A DNA stretch of 63,374 nt, counting the filler, from Octopus bimaculoides (Eukaryota), in the NCBI RefSeq assembly GCF_001194135.2. It is 7 parts of 7 records of this genome, joined end to end, with 100 filler letters (N's around TTAATTAATTAA, not from the genome) between each part and the next. Parts side by side here need not be neighbours in the genome. Positions count along the whole stretch, not along the records: positions 6,348 to 15,497 come from NC_069002.1; positions 15,598 to 32,019 come from NC_068997.1; 5 more parts are not named here. One strand, given 5' to 3'. The translations under genes were made by a program, and so were the position numbers. This document shows, piece after piece, positions 11,433 to 24,300 of this stretch (positions are counted from its first letter, which is position 1; the number at the start of each line of letters is the position of its first letter). A model generated the notes under the pieces. It was not told where the DNA came from. It was given only the letters and a program-made list of their open reading frames with translations, and ran no database searches.

Positions 11433-13378
11433 CACACACAAATATATGCATACACACGCACACGTATATATATATATATATATTAATACACGCACACTGC
11501 GAACGAATGGCACTAAATGAGCCACGTACGTAATACGTGATTAGATAAATAGACTGACATTAAGAAAGGATTAGAGCAAGGAATGAATCGTCTGGAAGTA
11601 TTTAGAAATAAACGAACAGTAACAAACGGTTTGTGGCACTCAGATGACGAAGAAGATGCTGACGACGAAATACAGAAAGAGAGAAGGAGAGAACGGAAGA
11701 GGGAGAGAGGGTGGGAGGAAAAGTGTGTGTGCGTTACGTGAGTGACACAGTGTGAGTTTGAGTGTAGGGAAATTTAGACAAGAGAATTATAGATTGCTTC
11801 AGAGCTTTAAACGAGTAGCCAGAGAAGAAAAGTAAACATAACGTAGAAAACACGTAGATAGACATTAATGCATTAGCTGTCAGTTATAATGTAATTAATT
11901 GGAAACGAACGAATTAATAAGACTAGACAGAAAGCAAAATAATATTAATGATAGGACAGACATCTTGGAAGAGATCACTGGAAGAAGGGAAAAAAAAGAA
12001 GAGGAAACGTTGAGAGTAAAGGCAATGATACGACGTAGTTTACGACGACCGTGAGCAGACTAACTGCTGTAATTAGAAAATCTATTAGGAGATCTAATCA
12101 GTGTAAGGCTTACATGTAGATTCATAACAGAAATGTTTAGCAGCCAATAGATAGAGGAAGGGGCTCTGCGCGACGGTAAGATTTGCTAAAAATAGCAGTC
12201 AAAGGAGTGAGGAAGGCGAAGAAGGACGAAAAGCGCAGTTGATTCGTTGATATCGGTTTGAACTGTTTGGAAGCAGTGCTTCAATTGGGCATACGTCTAT
12301 GTGTGCGTTCGGGTTTGACTGTTTGCATCCCTGTCACTTTGAGGTGTCACTTTGAGAACGATTAAATGAATGCCGTACTTAAATCGAATGAGTGTCGCAC
12401 TTTGTCATGTGCAGAAACGTAAATAAGTAAATAAGGTGAGGGTGGTGGTGCTGGTGACGATGGTGGCGGTGGCGGTGGTGATGCAGGAGGAAAGAAGGTG
12501 AGAGTGGTGGGGGAGGTTAGAGTGAAAATGATGAGATGATAATGGGTGATGACGATTACAATGTCCGAGATGATGAGGACGGTAATTATGATGATGAGGA
12601 GGAGCAGGAGGAAGAGAGGAAGAGGAAATTAAAGAAAGATATTCGAAGATAAGGAGGAGGAGGAGGANNNNNNNNNNNNNNNNNNNNNNNNNNNNNNNNN
12701 NNNNNNNNNNNNNNNNNNNNNNNNNNNNNNNNNNNNNNNNNNNNNNNNNNNNNNNNNNNNNNNNNNNNNNNNNNNNNNNNNNNNNNNNNNNNNNNNNNNN
12801 NNNNNNNNNNNNNNNNNNNNNNNNNNNNNNNNNNNNNNNNNNNNNNNNNNNNNNNNNNNNNNNNNNNNNNNNNNNNNNNNNNNNNNNNNNNNNNNNNNNN
12901 NNNNNNNNNNNNNNNNNNNNNNNNNNNNNNNNNNNNNNNNNNNNNNNNNNNNNNNNNNNNNNNNNNNNNNNNNNNNNNNNNNNNNNNNNNNNNNNNNNNN
13001 NNNNNNNNNNNNNNNNNNNNNNNNNNNNNNNNNNNNNNNNNNNNNNNNNNNNNNNNNNNNNNNNNNNNNNNNNNNNNNNNNNNNNNNNNNNNNNNNNNNN
13101 NNNNNNNNNNNNNNNNNNNNNNNNNNNNNNNNNNNNNNNNNNNNNNNNNNNNNNNNNNNNNNNNNNNNNNNNNNNNNNNNNNNNNNNNNNNNNNNNNNNN
13201 NNNNNNNNNNNNNNNNNNNNNNNNNNNNNNNNNNNNNNNNNNNNNNNNNNNNNNNNNNNNNNNNNNNNNNNNNNNNNNNNNNNNNNNNNNNNNNNNNNNN
13301 NNNNNNNNNNNNNNNNNNNNNNNNNNNNNNNNNNNNNNNNNNNNNNNNNNNNNNNNNNNNNNNNNNNNNNNNNNNNNN

Positions 13379-13433
<55 letters not shown>

Positions 13434-13524
13434 TGTATGTATGTATGTATGTACATATATATATATATATGTATGTATATGTATGTATGTATGTATGTAT
13501 GTATAGATGTGTGAGTGTGTGAGA

Positions 13525-13820
13525 GCATGGCTACATGGATCCGGGTTCAGTCCCCCTACGTGGCACCTTCGATAATTGTTGTCTACTACAGCTGTGGCCT
13601 GACCAAACCCTTGTGAGGAGATTTAGAAGACGGAAACTGAAAGAAGTCTGTCATATGTATATATATATATGACAGGCTTCTTTCAGTTTCCGTCTACCAA
13701 ATCCACTCACAAGGCTTTGGTCTGCCCGAAGCTAGAGTAGAAGACACGTGCCCAAGGTGCCACGCAGTGGGACTGAACCCGGAACCATGTGGTTGGTATG
13801 CAAGCTCCTTACCACACAGC

Positions 13821-13825
<5 letters not shown>
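13525..13825. mobile_element. Two SINE A 5' halves in convergent orientation (13525-13640 plus; 13655-13825 minus)
   Basis: ccgggttcagtcccc...gacggaaactgaaagaag on plus is followed by its reverse complement cttcttcagtttccgtctacc...ggactgaacccgg. Confidence 0.8.
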
Positions 13826-13859
<34 letters not shown>

Positions 13860-14114
13860 CACAGAATTATATATATATATATATATAATACAGAATGGGA
13901 CAACAATGCAAAACATGCAAACAGTTAGGTGATACAAGAAAGGGACAAAACATACAGATAGACGATACAAAGAAAACAAGGACAGGTCATTCGGTGTTTT
14001 CTTTCTTCAGTCGAGATCCAGATTATCCTTGCAATTTCGGCTAGTTATTCTCGATATTGCTCCAATCTGGCCAGCCCCAACGAAAAACTAAGCTAAGAGC
14101 ATTAGATTCCTTAG

Positions 14115-14340
14115 TTAGGGTTTTCAGGAAAAGTGATCAACCAATAAACTTGAAAAATACAAATACAATCTGTAAGTGGAACAGTAAAAATATGCAAGAC
14201 TTTTCTCAATTTTAAAATGTGATATTGTTTTTGTTATCGACATTCCAATGATGGAACTTTGTATCTTTGTTAGAAACCAGCTCCTTCGTCGGATGTAGAA
14301 TTTAAATAATTAACGGAAGAAAACATACATATATACATGC
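14115..14340 (+). mobile_element. 3' end of an RLE-type non-LTR retrotransposon (R4/Dong/HERO-like)
   Basis: Translates LGFSGK...KIQIQSVSGTVKICKTFLNFKM*, then the shared tail ccaatga..gaac.ttg.atct..gttagaaacc.gctc and a CATA-like end. Confidence 0.7.
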
Positions 14341-15135
14341 ATGCATGCAAATCAATTGTTGTCTTGCCGGTTGGTCGATTAGTCGGTTGGTCGCTCAGTT
14401 GGCTGGCTGGCTGGTTCGTTTGTGGTTTCGTTGGCTGGTGGGCTGTTGGCTGGTTGCCTGGTTGCCTGGCTGGCTGGCTGGTGGATTGACTGTCTGCGTG
14501 AAGCAGACAAGGAGACAAACCGACAAGAAGGACAAGTGTTGAGTCTCAGATGAGGATGACGTTGATAAAAGCCATTTGGGTCTATATATTTATAATTTTC
14601 CCGGCATACCTTTCACTTAGCGTTTCGGTAACAACAACAACGACAACAACAAAAAGAAAACATAGAAAGAAGAAAGAACAAAAAGTAGGCGGCTATTAAG
14701 GTGATGATGGTCGCGAATTGACAATTTATTTCTAAACTAAACTAACGACTACTTGTAGAGTGCAGCGATAAATGAAGATTTCTAAATAATTCTTTAGATC
14801 TTTGTCTATGGAACATTCCAGTATTCAACATCAAACCAACCGGCCGACCCAACCCCCCACCTCCGTTTCCTCTCGACTCGCCGCCACTCCTCGCTTTACT
14901 GACAAGACGGCTTTCGTTAATTCTTCGTATCTTTCTGTATTTTTCATTTTCTTTTTCTTTTCCTTGCTATCTTTTCTCCCTTTTTCATTTCACACTTGAT
15001 GTTGTGGCGATGGTAGCGGTGGTGGTGGTGGTGGTGGTAACGTGCGTGCGTGTGTGTATTATAGAATGTGAGAAATGTGTGAAGTAAGACAAAGTAAGAG
15101 ATGGTGGAGGTGCGGAAAGGAGAGATGATAAGGGT

Positions 15136-15170
15136 GGGTTAGGGTTAGGATTAGGGTTAGGGTTAGGGTT
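15136..15170 (+). repeat. Short (TTAGGG)n interstitial telomere-like tract
   Basis: gggttagggttaggattagggttagggttagggttag. Confidence 0.8.
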
Positions 15171-15623
15171 AGCTGCATAATTGTTATTGATGTAATTGTT
15201 ATAGGGTCCTGTTTGTTAAGACACCCACAACTTGACAACAGGAACAACCCCTCCCCAACGAAACTGCCCCACCTGCTACAATACGTACACACAAACACAC
15301 ACATACGCGTACCCACACTTGCATGACGAATACGCAAATATATACACAAAAACCACCCTCGCCTTTCTTCTTAATGTCTTATGTACTTATACATACCAAT
15401 ATGTTGCTGTATATGTGTATATGCGTGTATATGTATATATACAGATGTGTATATATACATATATACATATATATGTGTGTATGTATGTATATATATANNN
15501 NNNNNNNNNNNNNNNNNNNNNNNNNNNNNNNNNNNNNNNNNTTAATTAATTAANNNNNNNNNNNNNNNNNNNNNNNNNNNNNNNNNNNNNNNNNNNNTAT
15601 ATATATATATATATATATAGATA

Positions 15624-15656
<33 letters not shown>

Positions 15657-15689
15657 GTATATATACTTATGCATGTGTGTGTATATGTT

Positions 15690-15872
15690 TGTGTGTCTGT
15701 GTTTGTCCCCCCGCCCCCAACATCGCTTGACAACCGACGTTGGTGTTTACGTCCCCATAACCTAGCGGTTCCGCAAAAGAGACCGACAGAATAAGTCCTG
15801 AGGGTTGATTTGCTCGACTAAGTACGCTGCTCCAGCATGACCGCAGTCAGGTGACTGAAACAAATAAAAGAA
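15690..15872 (+). mobile_element. SINE family A, 3' half
   Basis: catcgcttgacaaccgacg...ctccagcatgaccgcagtcaggtgactgaaacaaataaaag. Confidence 0.8.
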
Positions 15873-16094
15873 GAAAAGTTGTCGATCGCTTGTAATACAA
15901 TCCACATAAATGCGGTATAATCCACATTTTCGGTCATTCTTTTAGGGCTTCAAGGGCCGCACCATTTCTTTCGTTTAACTGGCATTTTAGAAGCTATCGT
16001 CTGTTCTTGGATTGTAATCTTCGAAACGTGACATGACCTAAAGATCAAGTGTCGAAGACAGTTTACACTTTATGCCAAATGTTAGCATCATTGT

Positions 16095-16300
16095 GTCTAG
16101 AGGCACAAGACACGAAATTTTTGGGGAGGGTGGCAGTCGATTAGATCGACCCAGTACGCAACTGGTACTTAATTTATCGACCCCGAAAGGATGAAAGGCA
16201 AAGTCGACCTCGGCGGAATTTGAACTCAGAACGTAAAGACAGACGAAATACCGCTAAGCATTTCGCCCGGCTTGCTAACGTTTCTACCAGCTCGCCGCCT
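16095..16300 (-). mobile_element. SINE family B (tRNA head plus CORE-like domain)
   Basis: Minus strand GGCGGCGAGCTGGTAGAAACGTTAGC...GAGTTCAAATTCCGCCGAGGTCGACTTTGCCTTTCATCCTTTCGGGGTCGATAAATTAAGTACCAG has A/B boxes and a CORE-SINE-like central block. Confidence 0.85.
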
Positions 16301-16464
16301 TCAAATTTTAGCATCATTGCCATGCTAACCTTCGTTTTGGCTTGTATGTATGTATGTATTTTATGTATACGTGTATGTATGTGTGTATGTTTGTATGTGC
16401 GTGCCTGTATGTCTATGTATGTGTGTGTATGCATGTGTGTATGTTTGTGTGTGTGTGTGTGTGT

Positions 16465-16660
16465 TTGTCTTCTAACACTGCTTGACAACCGGTGTTGGTT
16501 ACTTTACATCCTTGTCCACTAGCGTTTGGGCAAAGGCGTCCGATAGAATAAGTAACCTGACTTTAAAAAAATAAGTAGTGAAGTCAATTTGTTCGGCTTT
16601 AAACCCTAGCATGGCCGCAGTCCAATGACTGAAACAAGCAAAAGATAAAAAGAGAGAAGC
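16465..16660 (+). mobile_element. SINE family A, 3' half
   Basis: gcttgacaaccggtgttgg...cgatagaataagta...agcatggccgcagtccaatgactgaaacaag. Confidence 0.8.
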
Positions 16661-17984
16661 AAAGAAGAAAAGCATTAAAAGAAGCAAACTCGAAAGATGG
16701 CTTGAAATTTGCCATTTAATTATGAACGGAAAAGATAAGAAAAATTATAGGAATTTTTATTTTCACTTTTAATTCCTAAAACATCTATCGATTGTTTGAG
16801 CAGATGTTTTAAAAACCAGAGAACAATGGTTTTAGCAAGTTCAATGAAAGAAGCGGAAAAAGCAATGTGTGATTCAGCGATTGAGGTCGTCTGTTAAGTG
16901 GAGCCAGCAGCCGGGAAGGAAATTATTGTATGGACGAGGTCGGGGTAAGAGGCGAAGGTTTTTGTTTCTGATAAATCTCTATTCAAGATCGCATTCAGAT
17001 GTTTCCTTTCATTGTGTTTTGCCACTCCTCATCCTTTAATATTCTTCGAACCTAATCTTGAAATTATATCCCCTTACGGCCATTCTTTCCTCGACATGAA
17101 TACAATACAGGGATTTCTTTTTGAAGAAGCATGAAGCCATTTTTGTAGCTCAGTGTAAAAATGTGGGTTCTTTTGGTACACATCTCGAGACTGCCTTTGG
17201 TCCTATAGCACAATCTTCCCGATTTGGAGTGATTTCAGTTAAAACATTCCATCAAACTTTCTTGTGTATTTATGTTACAACCACCATCTGAATTAAGACA
17301 GAATTATTTTACTTAATTCTTCATTATTTTCAAATTAATTTAAACAAAGACAGTGTATTTCGGCAGAAATATGGTAACAAAAGGTTTAAAGTGATCTAAA
17401 TTAAAACCTTCAGTCAAAATTTCACGTTAATTTATATTGCAAAACTAGTTTAATGATAACAAAATCATTTTACTAAATTCTTCGTTGTGGAACAAAGGCA
17501 GTGCATTTGAACTGAAACATTATAACAAAAGGATTTTAAGAGCCATTTTTTCTCAGGAGGAAAGGCAGTTGCCATGATGCTTTACAAGGATTCCAAGATT
17601 GTTTGGAAGGAAGCATTTAGGGTTTCTCAGATCAGAGGCCCGGTTCGAATTCTTGCAAAAGAGTGGACTCCGTTTAAGTAGCCCAAAGGCCAGGCGATAG
17701 TGTTAAATCGGGCTCTGAATTAAGTCAATTAACCATAGTGGGATTGGAACAATAGCGCAAGGAATACGCTTTCACGATTCTAGACTGCTCTAGTCTTGGA
17801 CTTTATTTATCGACCCCAGAAGGATGAACGGCAAAGACGACATTAATGTGATATGAATATATGGGAGGACAGTATATATGGAAGGTATGAAAGATGGAAG
17901 GTATGAATGTATGGAAGGCATGAAGATATGGAAGATAGCAATGTATGGAAGACGTGAATATTTTTTATATGTAAGGTATGAATA

Positions 17985-18230
17985 TAAAGCTAGCAGGCCA
18001 TATACTCCAGCTACCAGAACAATGCTGTTTTAAAACAGCTTTGAAATGGATACCACTTGAGAGAAAATGAAAGAGAAGAAGACAGAAAACAATATGACGC
18101 AGAACACTCGTGACTGACATGAGAGAGGCCAATATCACATGACCAGATGCAGAGAAAACTGTAGCCAACAGAAGCCATTTTGTCAAATTGCTGACCAAAT
18201 GTGCTCGAGAGGGTAGAAAGGACTCATTCT
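17985..18230 (+). mobile_element. RTE-type LINE, C-terminal/3' fragment
   Basis: Translates KLAGHILQLPEQCCFKTALKWIPLERK*KRRRQKTI*RRTLVTDMREANIT*PDAEK, matching the RTE ORF end pattern (xxGHxLRxP...ALxWxPxGxRxRGRPKxTWRR). Confidence 0.7.
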
Positions 18231-18268
18231 GATATTGATGAATGTAGAGAAGATATATGGAAGGTATA

Positions 18269-18685
18269 TTTTACTTGTTTCAGTCATTGGACTGCAGCCA
18301 TGCTGGGGCACCGCCTTGAAGGGTTTTAGTCGAATTAATTGACAACAGTATTTTTTTCTTAAGTGTGTGACTTAGTCTATCGGAGTCTTTTACCCAACCG
18401 CTAAGTTACGGGGACGTAACACAGGTTATCAAGAAATGTGACGGGACAAACACGGACATAAATAGACACCACACGCAAACATTTACACACACACACACAC
18501 ACACACAAATATACATATATACGACGGGCTTCTTTCAGTTTCCGTTCACCAAATCCACTCACAATTCTTTGGTCGACCTGGGGCTTTTAGAAGGTACTTG
18601 CCCAAGGTGTCACACAATAGCGCTAAACACAAGGTATCATGGTTGAGAAGCAAACTTCTTACTCACACAGCTGCGCATGCGCTTA
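18269..18685 (-). mobile_element. SINE family A, full length
   Basis: Tail, internal (CA)/(TA) tract and head (ending cacagctgcgcatgcgc) are all present. Confidence 0.85.
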
Positions 18686-18722
18686 TACGGATATTTTTTT
18701 AAAGAAATATTTTTGATATATA

Positions 18723-18883
18723 GGCGCAAGTGTGGCTGTGTGGTAAGAAGTTTGCTTCCCAACCACACGATTCCAGGTTCAATCCCACTGTGCGATACGT
18801 GGGCAAGTATCTTCTAGCATAGCCTCGGGCCGACCAAAATTTTGTGAGTGGATTTGGTAGACGGAAACTGACAGAAGCCCATC

Positions 18884-18965
<82 letters not shown>

Positions 18966-19140
18966 CTTTGTGTTTGTCCCCCACTACCGCTTGATAACCG
19001 GTGTTGGTCTGTAACACTATCCCTGTAACATAGCGGTTCGGCAAGACAGACCGATAGAATAAGTACCACGCTTTAAAAAGCACTGGGATCGATTCGTTCA
19101 ACTAAAATTCTTCAAGGCGGTGCCCCAGCATGACCGCAGC
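18723..19140 (+). mobile_element. SINE family A, full length, head-to-head with the previous copy
   Basis: ggcgcaagtgtggctgtgtggtaagaag...ggttcaatccc (A/B boxes), internal (TA)n(TG)n, ends ggcggtgccccagcatgaccgcag. Confidence 0.9.
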
Positions 19141-19689
19141 CTATTTATTTAAAGAAGTATAAGACATGCAAGGTATGAATATTTGAATATATGGAAGCTC
19201 CGAACATATGGAAGGTACGTGTACGTGTGAAAAGCTTCCATTTTTTTCTCTTAGTATTGTTACTGTTGCCTTTAAGCGTTTTACCGTTCAACTGTTTTAA
19301 TTTCCAATTCGCTAACCAAGACGCATTAACTCAACTTTGGTGAATATATTGACATTTAAAACATTCTTTTCCAATGAAACCATTGACATTTTTATCAGCA
19401 GTTTTTTTCTTTTTTGTTTAATATTTATATCTGACAAGAACTTAAAACAAAACAAAGCAGAATAACTAAATAAATAAGACATAAATGCCAAACAACAACA
19501 AAAAAGGGATTATCTTCGTTATTTTCCATCTTATTCAGTAAAAGGTATTATCTCCTTTCGTTAAAAATAAACAAATAAACAAGACGTATTTTCTATTGGA
19601 TTTCCGGGAACTATCTTCTCATTTGGAAGCCATTAAACTCTCCAAAGATATTTTCTTGAAATTACCAATTTCATAATAATCTTGATAAT

Positions 19690-20280
19690 CCATTCTACTA
19701 TAAGCACAAGGCCTATGGTTCTGGGGGAATTGGGTGAGTCGATTACACTGACCCAATGTGCAACTAGTACTTAATTTATTGACTCCGAAACGATGAAACG
19801 CAAAGTCGATCTCGGCGGAATTTGAACTCAGAACGGAAAGCCCCAGTGATCACCCGGAACTATATTTATCAATCCCAAAGGATGAAAAGCAAAATTGACC
19901 TCAGTACGTAAGACGTTAAACATTCTTGCTACCCTGGGTGTTAACGATTCTGTCAGCTCGCAGAACATAATACCTTTCTTTCTTTCAATGTCACCCCACA
20001 CTCTAACGAGAGAAAATATTCTTTCCTGCTCTAGGTACGAGGCTCGAAATTCTGGTGGAGGGGGCCAGTCGATTAGATCGACCCCAGTACGCAACTGGTA
20101 CTTAATTTATCGACCCCGAAAGGATGAAAGACAAAACCGACCTCGGCGGAATTTGAACTCAAAACGTAAAGACGGACGAAACACCGCTAAGCATTTCGCC
20201 CGGCGTGCTAACGTTTCTTATTTCTTTATTGCCCACAAGGGGCTAAACATAGAGGGGACAAACAAGGACAGACAAGGACC
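19690..20280 (-). mobile_element. Cluster of 3-4 tandem SINE B copies and fragments
   Basis: The block gaaaggatgaaa...gacctc recurs at ~19790, ~19878 and ~20118, and a variant tail starts at ~20215 (also seen at 31228). Confidence 0.85.
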
Positions 20281-20354
20281 ACCACCACCACCACTCGGCG
20301 TCATACTTTCATGGAGAATATAGTTATGTGTTATTCTTGAGTGAAGAAGGTAGA

Positions 20355-20698
20355 ACGTTGTTGTGCAAACAGTAGGTTCTTGGTTAATGAGTGAGGAAGA
20401 TGAAGTTTTGTAGTGTGGACTGCAGGTACTAGATTAATGAATGAAGTAAGTGGAGTTTTGTAGTGTGGAGTGCAGGGACTAGATTAATGAATGATAGATA
20501 TGAAGTTTTGTCGTGTGAACTGCAGTGATTAGATTAAAGAATGAGGAAACTGGAGCTTTGTAGTGTGACCTGCAGGTGCTCGATTAATGAGTGACGAAAG
20601 TGGTGTTTAGTAGAGTGAACTGTAGGGACTGATTAATGAATGACGAAAGTATAGTTTTTTTAGTGTGGACTGCAGGGACTAGATTAATGAGTGACGAG
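20355..20698. repeat. ~50-bp minisatellite, 6 full units plus 1 partial
   Basis: Consensus ~gagttttgtagtgtggactgcagggactagattaatgaatgacgaaagtg, with no unique spacers. Confidence 0.9.
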
Positions 20699-21057
20699 AC
20701 AGAGTGTTCTGCTGTAGATACGGGGTGCTATGAAAAATGGAACTCTCTTTTCTTAAGACGTTAAAATCTCAATAGGAAATGGATTGGTTTTCAATCCTAC
20801 ATCTCACATTCCACTTACTAATTGTTTACAACAAACGCTGCAGTGTTGACCATGAAGTTGGTCATCGATATCAATGTGTGTCAAAGGTCATTGGTGTTAT
20901 TACTTCGAAGGATATACGAAAATGCGAGGAAGGAAAAGCAAAAGTGTGCCTTACAAGAATAAAATTAAGACGCTTTGTGAAGAAAGAGCATCCTGTTGGC
21001 TTTCGGCTTTCCATGACAATTAACTCTGGGGGTGTAATTAAATGCGTATGTGGGGGT

Positions 21058-21099
<42 letters not shown>

Positions 21100-21919
21100 G
21101 GATGGAGGCATTGAAAGAAAGAAAGGTATTATGTTCAAACGTATGGTTGATAAAAGGTATCATTGTTTAGTGTTATGTTTACCTTGAGATTACCTACACA
21201 CACCTGCACGCACCTGCACAGGTATACATAATCACATACATACATTTATATACAACATGATTTATGGCCACATACACACACACACGTACACACACATACA
21301 TACGTACGTACGTACGTACATACACTTATATATACAAATATATATACACACACATATATACATACATACATACATACATGCACACACACATATACACATA
21401 GATAATCACACAGACACATACACACATGCATACGTACATGCTCACACACACACACACATAAATACACACATACATTTATGCATGTATACATTGATATATA
21501 CATACATAAACATACACACACGAAGATACTAATGTAGTCACATGCTCATATGCACATATATGCACCACGAAACTCACACGTAAATTCCAAACGCATGCAT
21601 ACGTGCGTGCACACACACACACACACACCCACACACACGTACGCGTCCACACACAAACATGCATATACATGTACATATGTACACTCACCGACATCCATAT
21701 GTTAACCTGTTTTACTTACCTGAAATTTGGCGGAATTCCTCTCTGTCTTACACACACACGTACCTGCATCCATACACTGACACACACATATATATATACA
21801 CATACATGTACAGAGATACACACACACACACACACGTTGAAGGAAAAGCTAATGTTAGGAGTGGTTGAGAACGGAGTGGAAGAATGTAACCGCAACAGTA
21901 GCAACAACAACAATAACAG

Positions 21920-22055
21920 TTCTTTCTAATTCTGGCACGAGGTCAGTAATTTTGAGGGAAGAGGGTAAGTCGATTATTGTCGATCCCCAGTATATGACTG
22001 GTGCCTATTTTATCGAGTCCGACGGGATGAAAGGCAAAGTTGATGTGATACATCA
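21920..22055 (-). mobile_element. SINE family B fragment
   Basis: gtcgattattgtcgatccccag...ttttatcgagtccgacgggatgaaaggcaaagttga. Confidence 0.65.
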
Positions 22056-22069
22056 GGAGCGGAATCAAA

Positions 22070-22372
22070 AAGGCTAAAGACCCCCTTCGGTTATGAATGA
22101 CCATGGGATTGCATCTAGAAAGTTACCCTCCGAGGCACAAGTTCGGGGAAGGTTGTTGATGGAAGACCAGCAGTCGCCCATGCATACCAGCTACCCCTTC
22201 TCCATGCCACTGATGTTATCCAAGGGAAAGGCAAAGGGGCCGATACAGCTTGGTACCAGTGACGTCGCAACTCATTTCTACAACTGAGTGAACTGGAGCA
22301 ACGTGAAATAAAGTGTCTTGCTCAAGAACACAACACACAGACCGGTCCGGGAATCGAACTCACTACCTCACT
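22070..22372 (-). mobile_element. tRNA-derived SINE family C
   Basis: Minus strand gagttcgattcccggaccgg...gtgttcttgagcaagacactttatttcacgttgctccagttcactcag, homologous to 44793-45065. Confidence 0.8.
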
Positions 22373-22574
22373 TCCATAGTCTGATCAGCATCAGTATTGA
22401 AACTTCGTAGTTCGTGTATTTTTCTTTTTTTACTCTTCTCCAGGTTTACAATCTTCATATGTGTCTCCCCACTTATGGCAGCCATTTCATTTTGAACGGA
22501 TGGATGGATTAAGCTGGTCACCAAGACAAGTGACCCTGGGAAGGATAGAGTGCAGTAACTGATATCTTATACCG

Positions 22575-23135
22575 TTTATCTTTCACTTGGTTCAGTCATT
22601 AGACTGCGGCCATGCTGGGGCACTGCCTTTAAAGAAATTTCAGTTGAATGAATCGACTCTTGTAATTATTTTGTTTTTCAAAACCTGGTACTTATTCTAT
22701 CGATCTCTTTTGCCGAATCGCTGGATTATGGGAACGTAAACACACCAACACCGTAACATATGGATTGTAGGTGATTTTTCTCTCCGTCTTCCTTTTCTTT
22801 TGGACTTTCCTCTGTCTCCTGTTTCTGAAGAAGACGCTTTGCTCGAAACATAAAACACCTTTTCTTTCCTTCCCTGAGCGTCTTATTAATACTTTGCATG
22901 TATCACGTCCTCGCGTTGGTGTTTTTTTCTACTTTTTTAAAAATTATATATATATACACACACGCACACGACAGGCTTCTTTCAGCTTCTCTCTACCAAA
23001 TCCACTCACAAGGCTTTGGTCAACCAGAAGTTATAGTAGAAGACACTTGCCCAAATGCCGCGCAGTGGGACTGAACCTAGAACCATGTGTTTGGAAAGCA
23101 AGCTTCTTACCACTCAGTTACGCCTGCGCCTATGA
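22575..23135 (-). mobile_element. SINE family A split by an ~200-bp insert (22575-22755 tail; 22960-23135 head)
   Basis: Both halves match family A in the same orientation, with unrelated pyrimidine-rich sequence between them. Confidence 0.75.
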
Positions 23136-23634
23136 AGTTTAATAAAATATATGTAAAACTCAAACGAAAACAATAACAGCAATAACGGTAGCACCGCCAC
23201 CACTACTGCCATCATCATCTTCATCATCATCATCATCGTCGTCGTCGTCGTCGTCGTCGTCGTCAGAAGAAGAAGAAGAAGAAGAAGAAGCAGCGACAAC
23301 CACATCAATGAAAAATCAAATGAAATACACGAAGAAAAGCGTATTTCAAGATTCATAAATATTTGGAACATTAAAAAATGTTCTTTGTAGATTTCTCAAA
23401 CATGCTGTAATGGTGTTTATACAGCGAGGCGCGCGCGCATGTCTGCGTCTCTGTACGTTATTCAAGTATATTTATTACACACACACACACACATACACAC
23501 ACACACACATATCTATGCATACATATACGTTATCTACGCATTTGTATGAGCGTATGTGTGTGTGTATGTTATATACATAAGTTACATATATATACATACA
23601 CACACCTATATACTTACATGTACTTACATATATA

Positions 23635-23679
<45 letters not shown>

Positions 23680-24056
23680 NNNNNNNNNNNNNNNNNNNNN
23701 NNNNNNNNNNNNNNNNNNNNNNNNNNNNNNNNNNNNNNNNNNNNNNNNNNNNNNNNNNNNNNNNNNNNNNNNNNNNNNNNNNNNNNNNNNNNNNNNNNNN
23801 NNNNNNNNNNNNNNNNNNNNNNNNNNNNNNNNNNNNNNNNNNNNNNNNNNNNNNNNNNNNNNNNNNNNNNNNNNNNNNNNNNNNNNNNNNNNNNNNNNNN
23901 NNNNNNNNNNNNNNNNNNNNNNNNNNNNNNNNNNNNNNNNNNNNNNNNNNNNNNNNNNNNNNNNNNNNNNNNNNNNNNNNNNNNNNNNNNNNNNNNNNNN
24001 NNNNNNNNNNNNNNNNNNNNNNNNNNNNNNNNCCTACAGCCGTTTCTGTATCCAAT

Positions 24057-24094
<38 letters not shown>

Positions 24095-24184
24095 CCTTCC
24101 CACCTGCCTACCTACCCACCTGCCCACCTATCTACCTACCTACCTACCTACCTACCTACCTACCTACCTACCTACCTACCTACT

Positions 24185-24300
24185 TTGTTTTTCATTCTTT
24201 CGGTGTCGATAAAATAAGTCCCAGTTGATCACTGGAGTCGATGTAATCGAGTTAAATTCTTCGCCGAACTTGCTGGCTTTGTGCCAGAATTTGAAACCAA
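24185..24300 (+). mobile_element. SINE family B, 3' half
   Basis: tttcattctttcggtgtcgataaaataagtcccagttgatcactggagtcgatgtaatcg. Confidence 0.7.

Noticed and set aside
13980-14020. Minus-strand CUGAAGA...CCGAAU hammerhead-like string
   Set aside because: It lacks GAAA, a convincing stem II, and a stem I partner after the putative cleavage site.
20355-20698. CRISPR-like appearance of regularly spaced repeats
   Set aside because: Whole units are homologous, there are no unique spacers or cas genes, and the context is eukaryotic.
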